64,000 nucleotides of DNA from Octopus vulgaris (taxonomy: Eukaryota). Below, one piece after another: positions 11,976 through 24,814 of the stretch; the stretch's first letter is position 1, and each line of letters opens with the position of its first letter. The notes below the pieces were generated by a model that made no database searches, was not told the origin of the DNA, and was given only the letters and a program-made list of their open reading frames with translations. The position numbers were made by a program, and so were the translations under genes. The DNA is taken from the NCBI GenBank assembly GCA_951406725.2, contig OX597818.1:15128001-15192000 (forward strand). Direction: 5' to 3'.

Positions 11976-12769
11976 TACTTCTGCCACAAAGCAGAGGAAC
12001 CATGGTGTAACCCACTATGGTGTGGTAAACTTTCAGACCCTAGTCTAGATTGCGAATCCTCTGTACCCCAGAATGGTTCAGCTCTCTACCCATTAAAAGC
12101 CACCGTTTACGGAATGAGGATAACAACGTAGCTTTTGTGCCCATGCAGCCGCCAGTCTATCGCATGTGGTGGGTGGATCTTCAAGTTGCCACACGCATTC
12201 TTAGTAGCTTAGAGTAGGCTCGAATTAGAGATTATTGTTTGTGGCTAATGGCGTGAGTCCTGATTAGAAGAAGAAGAAGGCAATGGCAGCAGCAGAAACA
12301 CTTTACCTTAAGTTTCACCAGAACTTTGTTGATTATCAATTATTGCTAGGAGCTAAAATATCTTTTGATGATGTCCTAGCTATATTATGGACATGCTTTT
12401 ATTAATCTCAGAGTATGAAAGACAGGCTTAAAATATATAAAACTAAATTACAAAAGCAGCACATTTATATAGTATAGCATTCTTTACAATTTCATCAAGC
12501 TTTACCTTTGCATTACTGATAAAAATTAAAATGCCTGCCTTTTATCTTTTAGCTTTTACCTATTCCAGTCATTGGACTGTGGCCATGCTGGGGCACTGCC
12601 TTGAAGGGTTTAGTCAAACAAATCAGTCTCAGTACCTATTTTCTAAGCTTGGTAGTTATTTTGTAGGTCTCACTCCACTAAACTGCTAAGTTACAGGGAT
12701 GTAAACAATACCAGTTGTCAAACAGTGATTGAGGGAACAAACTCAGACACAAAGACACACACATAGATC

Positions 12770-13672
<903 letters not shown>

Positions 13673-13685
13673 TATGTATATATGC

Positions 13686-13736
<51 letters not shown>

Positions 13737-13896
13737 GGGATTCTTTCAGTTTCTGTCTACCAAATCTACTCACAAGGCCTCGGTTGGTTCAAGGCTATAG
13801 TAGAAGACACTTGCCCAAAGTACCATGCAGTGGGACTGAACCTGAACTATGTGATTGAGAAGCTAGCTTCTTACTACACAGCCATGCCTCTCTGTC

Positions 13897-13966
<70 letters not shown>

Positions 13967-14243
13967 GGTATGTATGTATATGTGATGAGATCTTTCAGTT
14001 TCCATCTACCAAATCCGCTCACAATTTATTGGTCAGGCTGAAGCTATAGAAGAAGATACTTGCCCAAGGTACCACATTTAATTTTCCTAACATTGTTTGT
14101 TTGCCATCAAATCACTTAGAGACAAGTTATAAAATTTAGTTTGCACTCATTTACCATTTCAGATGTCAGGTTTTGATTAAGGTCAAAGAACATCCAGTTG
14201 GGGAAGAAACTGCAAAAAGTGTCAAAAAAGAACCAGTGGAAAG

Positions 14244-14563
14244 ATGTCTGAAGACGAATCAGAAAAAAAGACCCCATATCCAAGGTCACTTTCCAGGATG
14301 GAATCACAGAAACCTGATTCAGGACCAGTACCGGGAACATCTTCAAGGAGTGGAAGCAGTAATGAAGAAGGCAGTGAGTCTACAGTGTATTTTAGTTCAA
14401 GTTCTCGAACTGAAAGTGATTTTGTATTTTCAGAGTCTGAAAAAGAAGAAAAAGTTGTTAAGAAAGTGATACCTGAAGATTTTTTTTATGACTATGAAGA
14501 ATTCAAATACAGGCCATTTGTTACAGAAGATTCTGGCTTACCAGAAGACATGTTAGATTTCAA
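14244..14563 (+). CDS. CFAP44: CFAP44-like coding exon 1 (exon begins at 14163 with 5' UTR)
   Basis: MSEDESEKK...IPEDFFYDYEEFKYRPFVTEDSGLPEDMLDF resembles the CFAP44 pre-WD segment. In-frame TAA upstream (14178-14180). Phase-2 donor AA|GTATCCTTTG. Confidence 0.88.
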
Positions 14564-14621
14564 GTATCCTTTGTTGTTGTCGTTGTTGTTATAAATTATA
14601 CCATATATCGTTTATACCTTA

Positions 14622-14914
14622 CTAGCAGTATCGCCCGGCGTTGCTCGGATTTGTAAGGGAAATAACTATATAAGCATTTTTAGAGAGTTACTTCCCTTAT
14701 ATAAACCGAGCAAACAATGCATTAAAAAATACGAAAAAATGATGGTAAATTTTTTTTTAAATCGTAGACTCATCGTAGACGCGCACTAATACCCAGAAGG
14801 GCTCGATATTAATCACGACTATAAGATACCCACTTTTGGTTAAACTGCACCGCAAAATGTGGGAGTAGTTAGGAATCTAAATCAGAGGAATCTAAACAGT
14901 TTTATATATGAAGA
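14622..14914 (-). mobile_element. Non-autonomous Helitron
   Basis: On the - strand: A|TCTTCATATATAAAACTG start and CCGAGCAACGCCGGG hairpin plus CTAG|T end. Confidence 0.75.
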
Positions 14915-15346
14915 TATCTTTTATATCAATCATTAGGTTATAGCCATGATGAGGCCCCACCTTCAAGAATTTTAGTTGAACACTGTACTTATTTTTCTTT
15001 GTAAAGCCTGATACTTTTACTATCAGTCTCTTTTGCTAAACTGCTATGTTATGGCGATGTTAGCACTCCAGCACAGGTTGTCAAGCAGTACTGGGGCACA
15101 AACATAGACACAAAGATGCACAATCATTGATATATACATATACATACATATATATATGAATGAATTATCCTTTGTTTACCATTAACATGGAAAATTCAAT
15201 AAACAGTTACCAAGGTAGCAAAATTGACGCAAGTAACACAGATGAAGCGACCTATTCAAAGGTAGTAACTCTGGGTTAATGTGCAGTAATTTGTGTAGTA
15301 TAAGTAAATAAATGGAGTTGAACGAAGATGTTATTAAAATTCTTTT

Positions 15347-15792
15347 ACTTTCAACATATGTTTCGAAGACAACATTGGTTTTATTCCAAAGGAATAAACA
15401 GTGTAAAATGCAATCTTCTCACCAAGAAAGAAAGAGAGCCAATCTCAACAACAAGACATAATTTGAACAGTTAGTTTAACTTGCACTTTAATTCAATAGA
15501 GAAATCTACTTCTAAGCTTTTGAACGTTTTTTTAACCAGCGTATCCCTCTTTATTTGTTCTCTACTTATTATTTCTTTAACCTTTCTCTTTCTAGTATCT
15601 GCCTTTGACGTCGAATCTACTAACAGTTTTTCTTAGATACTTAATAACATTCTGTTTATCATTTAATCAGTCATCGTAATTGTTATAATGTCGTGTTGTT
15701 GAGATAGGCTCTCTTTCTTTCCTGATGAGAAGATTGCATTTTACACCGTTTATTCCTTTGGAATAAACCCAATGTTGTCTTCGAAACATACG
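15347..15792. ncRNA. Inverted pair of hammerhead ribozyme motifs in a Penelope-like remnant
   Basis: + copy: CTTTC-CTGATGA-GAAGA...TCTTC-GAAA-CATACG (15717-15792, truncated). - copy (15347-15430): TCTTC-GAAA-CATATG-TT-GAAAG with a mutated CTGATGA. Confidence 0.65.
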
Positions 15793-15794
15793 AT

Positions 15795-16197
15795 TTCTCC
15801 TGCAATGTTTTGAAGTGTTTGAGGGAGGACATTCAGCAATTGTCACCAGATCTGTGGAATGTGAAGAATTGCATTCCTCACAACAACAATGCACCCTGTC
15901 ACCAAGCCCTCCCCACTCATGAGTTTCTCACCAAAAACAACATAGTATCACTTCTCCACCCACTCTAATCACCAGATTTAGCCCCTGTGGACTTCCATCT
16001 CTTTCCCAAGATGAAAATGCAGCTCAAAGGTCACCGTTTTTTAACACTGTTGCTGAGATCCAGAGTGAATCACAAAAAGTCCTCGACTTGCTTACAGAAA
16101 ATGACTCCTAGGCCAGATTCCAAAAGTGGAAGGAATTCTGGGACCAGTGTATTGCTGTGCAAGGTGACTATTTTGAAGGAGATGATGTTAAAACTTT
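15795..16197 (+). mobile_element. Mariner transposase, 3' fragment, decayed
   Basis: HNNNAPCH and SPDLAPVDFHLFPKMKMQLKGHRF (HDNA and YSPDLAP.D motifs). Confidence 0.8.
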
Positions 16198-16204
16198 GAC
16201 AGCT

Positions 16205-16608
16205 AGGTGTAGGAGTGGCTGTCTGGTAAGTAGCCTGCTTACGAACCACATGGTTCCAAGTTCAGACCCACTACATGGCACCTTGGGCAAGTGTCTTCTA
16301 CTATAGCCTCGGGCTGACCAAAGCCTTGGTTGATGGAAACTGAAAGAAACCCGTTGTATATATGTATATGTGTGTGTGTGTGCGTGTGTGTGTGTATGTT
16401 TGTGTGTCTGTGTTTGTCCCCCCAACATCGCTTGACGACCAATGCTGGTGTGTTTACGTCTCCGTAACTTAGTAGTTCGGCAAAAGAGACTGATAGAATA
16501 TGTACTAAGCTTACAAAGAATAAGTCCTGGGGTTGATTTGCTCAACTAAAGGCGGTATTCCAGCATGGCCACAGTCAAATGACTGAAACAAGTAAAAGAG
16601 TAAAAGAG
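16205..16608 (+). mobile_element. SINE family A, full copy
   Basis: tRNA-like head, GGCACCTTGGGCAAGTGTC core, internal (TG)n, GTAAAAGA-repeat tail. Confidence 0.8.
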
Positions 16609-17167
16609 CTAATGGAAAAATCGTGCTAGGAGGGAATTGTAAAGATTGAGAATTTGCTATAGTGGTTGATATGGGGCTTTAAAAGCCGGACACAATATGG
16701 GTGAGGAAAGGAAGAGAGATGAATTAGTTGGGAATGCCTGAGAGAAGGTGAGCTGAGAGCAACCAACTCAAATGAGGGAGGCAATACATCTGTGGGCCAG
16801 AGTTCATAGTGTGCTAGTGAGTGACTTCACACCAATAACTTGAGTGACTTTGAATGTGGTCAAGAATATGTATGTACCAGGTGTGACATGTACATTTATC
16901 CATTATTTTAGCATTCTAATTTACCTATTATTCAAGAATAAATTGAAATATTCACAAACACAGCTGCAAATGTTGTATAACACTAGAATTCCTAATATTT
17001 TGGGGTTTTATTGTTTATCATAAATCAAATTTGGCAGCTCACAGTGTGGACAAAATGTAACATTGAAAATGGCTGGTATAAAGAATTGTGAAGTGATTAA
17101 ACTGAATGGTGAAAGTGTAGGCTGGTCATTTTGAATTGTAAAAATACATGTGAAATATTTTCATCAA

Positions 17168-18241
17168 CCCTTTACCAAACCGCCCAAAGCCGCCCGAATT
17201 TACCTATTCATATTTAAATGAGAATATCAGAGCAAATCTCTTTAGTACATTCGTGAAAACACATGATTATACTTCGTAAACAGTTCATCTACAGTTTTGT
17301 ACAACGATCGACGTGTAATTTTAATTCCCTGAATTTTGGCAGATTTTTTTCCACATTTTTTTCGACATCGATTTTTCTTCAACTTTGAAAATGGATTGGA
17401 GTTTCATGTTATCAAGCATTGATTCCGAATTGGAAAATTTGTGAAGCAAATACTGGGTACTGTTGTGGATTTAGTTTTTATACAGGGAAACTAATGTTAG
17501 TCAGCATGGCTTAGGGTATGATGTGGTCTGGAAGTTATTGTTTGAAGCGATCAAGGCGGAAACAAACTTACGCAAAATGTAAACAAAATGTATACAAAAT
17601 GGGGGTTCAAATTTCGGAAAATTTGTAAAGCAAATACTGGGTACTGCGTGGATTTAGTTCTTATACAGCGAAAATAATGTTAGTCAGCATGGCCTAGGGA
17701 ACGATGTAGTCTGGAATTTATCACTTCCATACCATAGCCAGAGCCGTATATCATTTTTTGACCGATTTCTTTAGTTCGGTCAAACTTGCGGTGGATTCCA
17801 GTATTTCACTTTATTCCACCTTTATGGTATACCTGTTGTGCATTAAATTCAACTGATGATATAGTGATGTGCACAATTCTTCTTTATCAAAATTTTGTTG
17901 CATACCCATTTGAATATTAGCTGATGATTCATTTTCTCTGGTGATGTTTAAACAAAATTTTAATATTTTTACCTTTTGCTCAATTTAAAATTTTAATATT
18001 TTTACCTTTTGCTCAATTTACCTGGATTTACCTGTAATTAAAGTCACTTCGAGACAAAAGTTATGCAATAGAATTGATTAAGAACCCTTTCTTTAATTAT
18101 GTTCCAAATATCACATTAATATGTTGATAAGTAAAAAAGTTACAGTTATTTAATGAAACAAGCCTAGATTCATGATTATTTTAGAATTTAATTGAAACTC
18201 ATGAGGGATGTATTTTGATTAGAAATATAGTAACGAAAGGG
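17168..18241. mobile_element. Probable non-autonomous piggyBac-like element
   Basis: TCAA|CCCTTT left end and GTAACGAAAGGG right end; internal direct duplication of about 110 bp (about 17430-17545 and 17615-17725). TTAA sites are degenerate. Confidence 0.5.
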
Positions 18242-19251
18242 ATTCAGCAATCCACTGTAAACTTTCATTTACAAAGCCTAAAACTTTTTATTTTACAGTC
18301 AAATGAGTAATAGATAAATTACATTTGCCACACCTGGTCTGTAGTACTTCATTGTGAATCTCACATGAGCTTTGTGGAGAATTTGTAGTTAATGGGGACT
18401 GAGGCATTTTCTGACTCTGATGAGGAAATTTAATCTTTTAATGCAGTTTTGAATATGTGAAGAATATACATTCATCAGGTGAGCTCGTCAGTATTGGTAA
18501 ATCCCGTTATTCGTTGTGACCTTGGAGGTTTTGTTTGTATGCTGCTAATGTTGGCAGGAAGAAAGGACACTTTTTTTCTCAATGTATATAGGGATTGTAT
18601 CTTTGTACAGTTGAAGTAGACACAGCTTGCATGACTTCATTTGAGGATGTTTCTGAGGTCTGTCTTCATAGAATGAATAGAGATATGGCATGAGGTGCCT
18701 CTATCACTTTGCAGATGATACTTGTGTGTGCAGAAGATTCAGAAGAAATGAAAGAATGAACTGAAATGAGTTTCAATCAAAATGTAAGACATCTCTTGTG
18801 GGTAGTAAAGAAATAGGTATTTTGTCTGTCGCCTCGTTCTGAGTTCAAATTCCGCCGAGGTCAACGTTGCCTTTCATCCTTTCAGGGTCAATAAATTAAG
18901 TACCAGTTACGCACTGGGGTCGATGTAATCAACTTAATTCGTTTGTCTGTCCTTGTTCGTCCCCTCTGTGTTTAGCCCCTCACATCAACCAGTTATGAAA
19001 TTCTTTTCCAATGGAGTAATTACTTTGGAAACTACCTACCTTTGTGCTAACTAAACACAAATTCTTCAGAAGATGGAAAACATATCAAGTGTATCGACTT
19101 CTTTCCTTAATATCTACAGCTTTGGGAGGGTCACATTAGGCAATTTGATGCTACTTTCTTCATCAAAGAACAAAATAAACGAATAAGTTACCGTATAAAT
19201 AGCAATATAGCAGCTAATATATACTATGCATTTCCTTAATATTTCTCTAAG

Positions 19252-19414
19252 ATATTCATTGGGCTATGACTGCACCAGGAGATGTAATCTCAGTCTTCTT
19301 GACAATGACACAGTTATGTTTGCAACTGGAAATATAATAACAATCATCAATGTGAAAACTGGGGAAAGGTCCTTTGTGAGAGGTACCAGTGCAGGTGGAA
19401 TTTCAGCAATTCAG
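19252..19414 (+). CDS. CFAP44: CFAP44-like coding exon 2
   Basis: YSLGYDCTRRCNLSLLDNDTVMFATGN...GGISAIQ; donor CAG|GTAAGT, phase 0. Confidence 0.93.
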
Positions 19415-19986
19415 GTAAGTTTTAGGAGGACAATAATGTATATTCATCATAAATATTTTTTTTTTTCATAGTTTTGAAATATCAAGAGATATATGTGAAA
19501 AAGACAGCTTCTTCTGAAGTTTCTAGACAAGGATACAATTATTTCCCATTACTTTCTCTGGGTAAGCCTGATGTCTAACAATAATCTTTGAATGTCTGCT
19601 ATATTTTCACCACAGATAGGTGAATGGTGACATGTAGACTTTGATGCTCTGATTAACTACTTAATATCTGTAGCAGACTTGAACACAAAATGTATAACAC
19701 AAATTTCACAAAAACATCGCAGTAAAACTTCAAAATTGGTTAGAAAATGAAAAATGTTTACACACACACACACAAACGGTCCTTCAAATAGACAATATAT
19801 TCATAATATTAGTACAAAATGACTGAGTATTCTATTTATTAATTTAATGACTTGGTCATTGTGCTTATGTAAACCTAAAGACCATGAATTAACTGTTGGC
19901 TACCTTTCAAATCAAATCTGTTGGCCTTCCTTTTATATTCTTCTTGTTATAACCACTACTTTCGCTCTGTTAACACTTGTTAACAC

Positions 19987-22900
19987 CAGGGCCATCGCTA
20001 AGCCCCTGTAGTTGTGGGGCTCCATGTTATGATGAAAGTTATGATCAAATGAGTCATCTATTTACTTTGGTTAAGATGTTGAACAAGAATTAAACTTTCT
20101 ATGTTAACTGAAAATTTTAAGAAATAAAATGGTAATACATTGTACCTGCAAAAGTTCTTGTACCACAAACGTCCCTACCTAAATAGACTTCATTCACACT
20201 GGTCCTTATTACTCACATAAACTGAAAAAGAAAACTCAGATTTGGTGTTTTGTTAATATGATCAAATTGTATGCGAATTTTAAATTTTTAATAAACAGCT
20301 GTCTTGCAAACAACTTGCACGTGCAAGTGCTACCAGTCAAAAGCTCCATATACCGGAAGCCAGCAAGTGTATGGGGTCATCAGGAGAGAATGCACGCCAT
20401 TTCGGGGCCTACCTCGACGGCATCAATGTGCACCGGCCCCCCTCACTGATATGAAGCCCCGCTTGCTAGATCAGCTGGTTATGAAGTTAAACTCAATATC
20501 CTTCTAGCCATCGCTCATCGTCTCTTTTTAACCAAATCTAGTTTTTAAAATTTTTATTAAAATCACTGAAATAGGGTGACAGGATTCTTTGGTAGTGGAA
20601 TATAAGCATCTGCAGCAACTCTCTGGAAAATCATTTGAAATGATATTTGAAAAAAAAGCTCCATAAATGAATCTTCCCACTAAATGGAACAATGAGCAGA
20701 AATGAGTTTAATACATGTATTGCATTTTTTAAATTTGTATTTCATAACATGTTCTGTAGCTATACTCACATCCACACATTACACTTGTATCATATCTCTG
20801 TATCTGTATCAGCTGTGTCTGTTTGTCATAACCAAATACATGTAGGCCAAGATACATATTTATACTTTATACGTGTATATGTAACATTTGTAAATCTTGC
20901 ATTAATCTTATGCAATAGAGCACCTTGTATTTCAGATCTCAAGTGATATCATTCCAAAAGCATGAATCTGGTGCAGAAAAGCACAAAAAATGAGTGAAAC
21001 TGGCAAACAACAGGTGTATGGCTGGGATTATGGATCAATTTATGCTACCATATACATCAGTGACATTACTATTAATGGATAGCTATGTACCACTGCCTAG
21101 AGAAGACAGGCAAACAGATAGGGACAGAAATGCTAAGCAACAACAAATGTGTGGATGCAATGAAAATTCACAGCAGGTTACTACATTTTCATCAGTGGAG
21201 GGAAATGTGAAGGCCTTATATGGTGCATGTTGTCAACAACCTTTACCTATTACTGAAAATATGGTTGTGCAACAGGAAACAGTCACTACCACTACTGACC
21301 CTGCATCATGGCCAGAAACTATATCTGATGGTATGCGTACTGACATTGTGAAACCTGGAGTTGTTCAAATGAAAAAAATACAAATTTCCTAAATCAAAAT
21401 AAAACCACAGATTCAATCTCAACTTCTATTCTAAGATGCTGCCAAATGGTGAAACGATAGTTCAAACGTGGCTTGTATTTTTCAATTCAGCATGATGCGC
21501 TGTATTGTTTCTGTTGCAAGCTGCTTGGTCACAGTAAAATGAGACTTATGTCTGAAGAATTCAGCTGTTGGCAATATTTGAGCAAGACCTTAGAAGAACA
21601 TGAGAAATCAACGGGCCACAGGCAGCACATGATGAAATGGAAGGAGCTTGAATTTCACCTTAAAACAGCCTCAACTCTTGACAAGCAAATGATTGCTTTA
21701 GAGGAAAAGGAGAGAGCTCATTTCTGTGCAGTGTCAGAATGTATCTTGACAATTATTTTGTTTTTAGTAGAGAGGAATATGGCCCTTCCTGGGTTTCCGA
21801 TAGGCTCTACATCCATGGTAATGGAAATCTTTTAGGCAAAGTGCAATTGTTTGCAAAGTTTGATCCCATTTTGGCAGAACACTTGTGACTTATTCAGAAT
21901 GCGGAAACAGTGGCTCATTATTTGGGATCTGAGAGTCAAAATGAATTGATATCACTAATTTCTGACCACATTTTGAAAGAAATCACCAATCAGGTGAAGG
22001 CTGCTAAATACTACAGCATTATACTTGATTGCACACCAAATATCAACCATCAGGAGCAAATGACCATGAGCATCCATTTCATCGAACTTCAGAAAAACAA
22101 AGTCGAAATCAATGAGTACTTTGTTGGGCTTTTGAAAGTTGCTGACACAACTTTTTGAATTGCTCTTGGAGAAACTCGCATCAGTGGGGCCAGATCTGAT
22201 GAATTATGGAGGCCAAAGTTAAGATAATAGGAGTAATATGAAGGGAAAACTTTCTGGCATCCAAACAAGACTTCTACAGAAGAATCCATGAGCATTCTGT
22301 TTACCTTGCATGAATCATAGTCTAAACCTTGTGTGTGATGCAGCAAGCTCATCAGTGATGGCTGTCTCTTTCTTTGGTTACCTCCAGCATGTATATTCAT
22401 TTATTGCAGCATCAACTTCTGCATGGAACACTTTGAAAGAACTCTGCTCCATCACTGTAAAATATTTATCAGACACTCATTGAGAAAGCAAAATTGGAAG
22501 CATAAAATCCCTTCAGTTCAAAGCCAAGGACATCTACAATATGTTGATAAGCATTCATAATGCTTCAAAAGGCAAAGATTGCTAAGCTTACTCAGAAGCA
22601 AATCCACTAGCTGCAGAAATTGCTTCTTTCTGCTTTCTTCTGTTAGGTGATATGGTACGATCTGCTAACTGAGATCAGCAAACTACTTCAGCATGAAAAC
22701 ATTCAAAATGATGTTGCCCAAGAGCTTGTCTCATCCGCACACACCTTGCTGTGCAGCTATCAAGAAAACGATACGTTTTTTTGTCATCAGTAGTCAATGT
22801 TGCAACCAAATTATGTGAACAACTGGTGGAGATGCCAAGCAAAAGGAGATATCGTGTATTACACCATTTTGGATATGAAAGTGAAAATGAACCTCTTGTT

Positions 22901-24045
22901 GATGCTTTGCAAAATTTCAAAGTGCATTTCTTTTTTCATGCAATCAACATTGCTCTTGTTTCCCTTGGTGAATGCTTTGACATATTGAGCAAGCACAATG
23001 ACATATTTGTGTTCCTTTACATTTCTACACTGAAACACTGGGAAAATCAGATTCTATTGGAACACTGTGCAATTGTTTCCACTGCATGAACAGTACATAA
23101 TGATGATGACATTGTCAAAGCAGATATTGAGAAGACAGAGCAAGCAGAAAGGTTTTGTTCACTTTCGCATTTTCTATCACCTGAGTGCAAGAAAATCTGT
23201 GATGTAGGCAATTGTATTCAGAAATCCAGCCTTGTGGAGATTTCCCCTAATGTGTGAGTGACTTTGCAACAAATTATCCTTTCAATGCTTGTGAGTGTTG
23301 CAAGTGGAGAGCGCAGTTTCTCCAAATTAAAGTTAATTAAATCAGTGCTATTCAAAGCAGTGATCTGTGGACTGGTGCCAGTCTTTGAGCCATCAGCTGC
23401 CAATATGTGCCAAGTTTCCAGAAAAGAAAGAAACATTATAAAATTCTTATGTAATATTGTATTATTTGTTTACAAAATAAATATAAGATAAAAGAAATTG
23501 TCAACTTTTATTATATTCATTATATATATTGTTTCCAGCATAAATTAATATTACTAAGAAATATTACCGGTCCGTGGCATACTGATACAAAAAACCTGCC
23601 AGTACACCACATCAGATAGTTTGAGAAGCATTGGATTAAATCATATCTGTGGTCCACTATGACATAGGAAAGACTTTGTGGATTGTCTATGATATCTATT
23701 GAACACAAACTTAGCTCTCAGTTCAATTATTCTGATCTGATCAATGATTTCATGAACCAAAAAGTGTGCCATGTTTGTCTTTGAAAGTTGCCTGGATTAT
23801 AAAAGTGCTCTTTTATACATATTTGGAAGATTTACTTATTAAAATTTGTAATAGACTTAAATAAATTTAACTTGTTGTACCTTTAATGATGTTCTTTAGG
23901 ATTGCATGAAATATTGAACTTCAGATAGAATAAAGTAAAATATAGCTATGAATAAAAAGTGCATAAATTATGAATTTTGATTGAAGGGATGGGGCCTCGA
24001 AACGAAAAGTTGCAGGGGGTTTCTAAAAGTTACACAACAGCCCTG
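19987..24045 (+). mobile_element. Full-length decayed hAT transposon (Tip100/ZMYM1-like transposase pseudogene)
   Basis: Ends CAGGGC...GCCCTG; 8-bp TSD GTTAACAC/GTTACCAC. Fragments YCFCCKL...HEKS.GH (TTF-type zinc finger), SQNELI...YYSIILDCTP..HQEQM and VASGERSFSKLKLIKS (hATC domain); many stops and frameshifts. Confidence 0.9.
23343..23633. mobile_element. hAT (Charlie-like) MITE nested in the transposase gene
   Basis: TIRs CAGTGCTATTCAAA / TTTGAGAAGCATTG; TSD AATTAAAT/GATTAAAT; host frame resumes as SYLWSTMT*ERLCGLSMISIE. Confidence 0.85.
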
Positions 24046-24084
24046 GTTACCACATATAGTGTAATATTTTAGCAATAAATTATT

Positions 24085-24297
24085 CTTTTCTACTCTAGGT
24101 GCATGGTCCGAAATTTTTAGGGTGGAAGCTAGTCGATTAGATCAACCCCAGTATGCAGCTGGTACTTAATTTATCAACCCCAAAAGGATGAAAGGCAAAG
24201 TCAACCTTGGCATAATTTGAACTCAGAATGTAAAAACAGACTAAATACCACTAAGCATTTTGCCCAGCATGCTAACGTTTCTGCCAGTTCGCTGCCT
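24085..24297 (-). mobile_element. SINE family B
   Basis: GGATGAAAGGCAAAGTCAACC reverse-complement core. Confidence 0.75.
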
Positions 24298-24674
24298 TTT
24301 TAGTAATAAATTATTGCATGAATTTAAGTATCTAAGGAGTGGAACATACAATTTCCTGTAAGTTAGACTGCCTCATGGCCCCAGCAGAAAAAATGGAAAA
24401 AGGCATTGCCACAGAGGATGAAGAGGGAGATTCAAATTTATCTATTTCTTCATGACATACACAAATATATATGTGAGGAAGGGCAAAAGTACATGATAAA
24501 GTTAACAAGATAGGTTTTGATTAACTTTTCTTACAACTTAATTACAAAAGTGTAAATAAGTTCTGTTATGTATATATTATTCCATTGGTTGCTATTTATG
24601 CTATATTTTAATTCCTGGACAAACAAACCATGTGTTTCACATATATTAGTTTTATTTCATTTTGTTACTTTCAG

Positions 24675-24814
24675 CTGCATCCCAAAAAAACATTCTTTGC
24701 CGTTGGAGAAAAACAAAATTTTCCAAGTTTAAATATCTTCGAAGTCCCATCATTCAAACTGTATCGTATTTTAAGAGAGGGAACCACACATCTGTACAGC
24801 TTTTTAGATTTCAG
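24675..24814 (+). CDS. CFAP44: CFAP44-like coding exon 3
   Basis: TTTCAG|LHPKKTFFAVGEKQNFPSLNIFEVPSFKLYRILREGTTHLYSFLDF; donor AG|GTCAGT, phase 2. Confidence 0.93.

Larger units (their letters stand above)
14564..19251 (+). other. U12-type (minor spliceosome) GT-AG intron
   Basis: 5' site GTATCCTTT; branch site TTTCCTTAAT at 19231-19240, about 12 nt before the AG at 19250-19251; no long pyrimidine tract; junction AA|A keeps the frame (DF-K-YSLGYD). Confidence 0.9.

Noticed and set aside
20994-23491. ZMYM1-like host gene
   Set aside because: Many stops and frameshifts, no splice structure, and enclosed by TIRs and a TSD: a dead transposase, not a domesticated gene.
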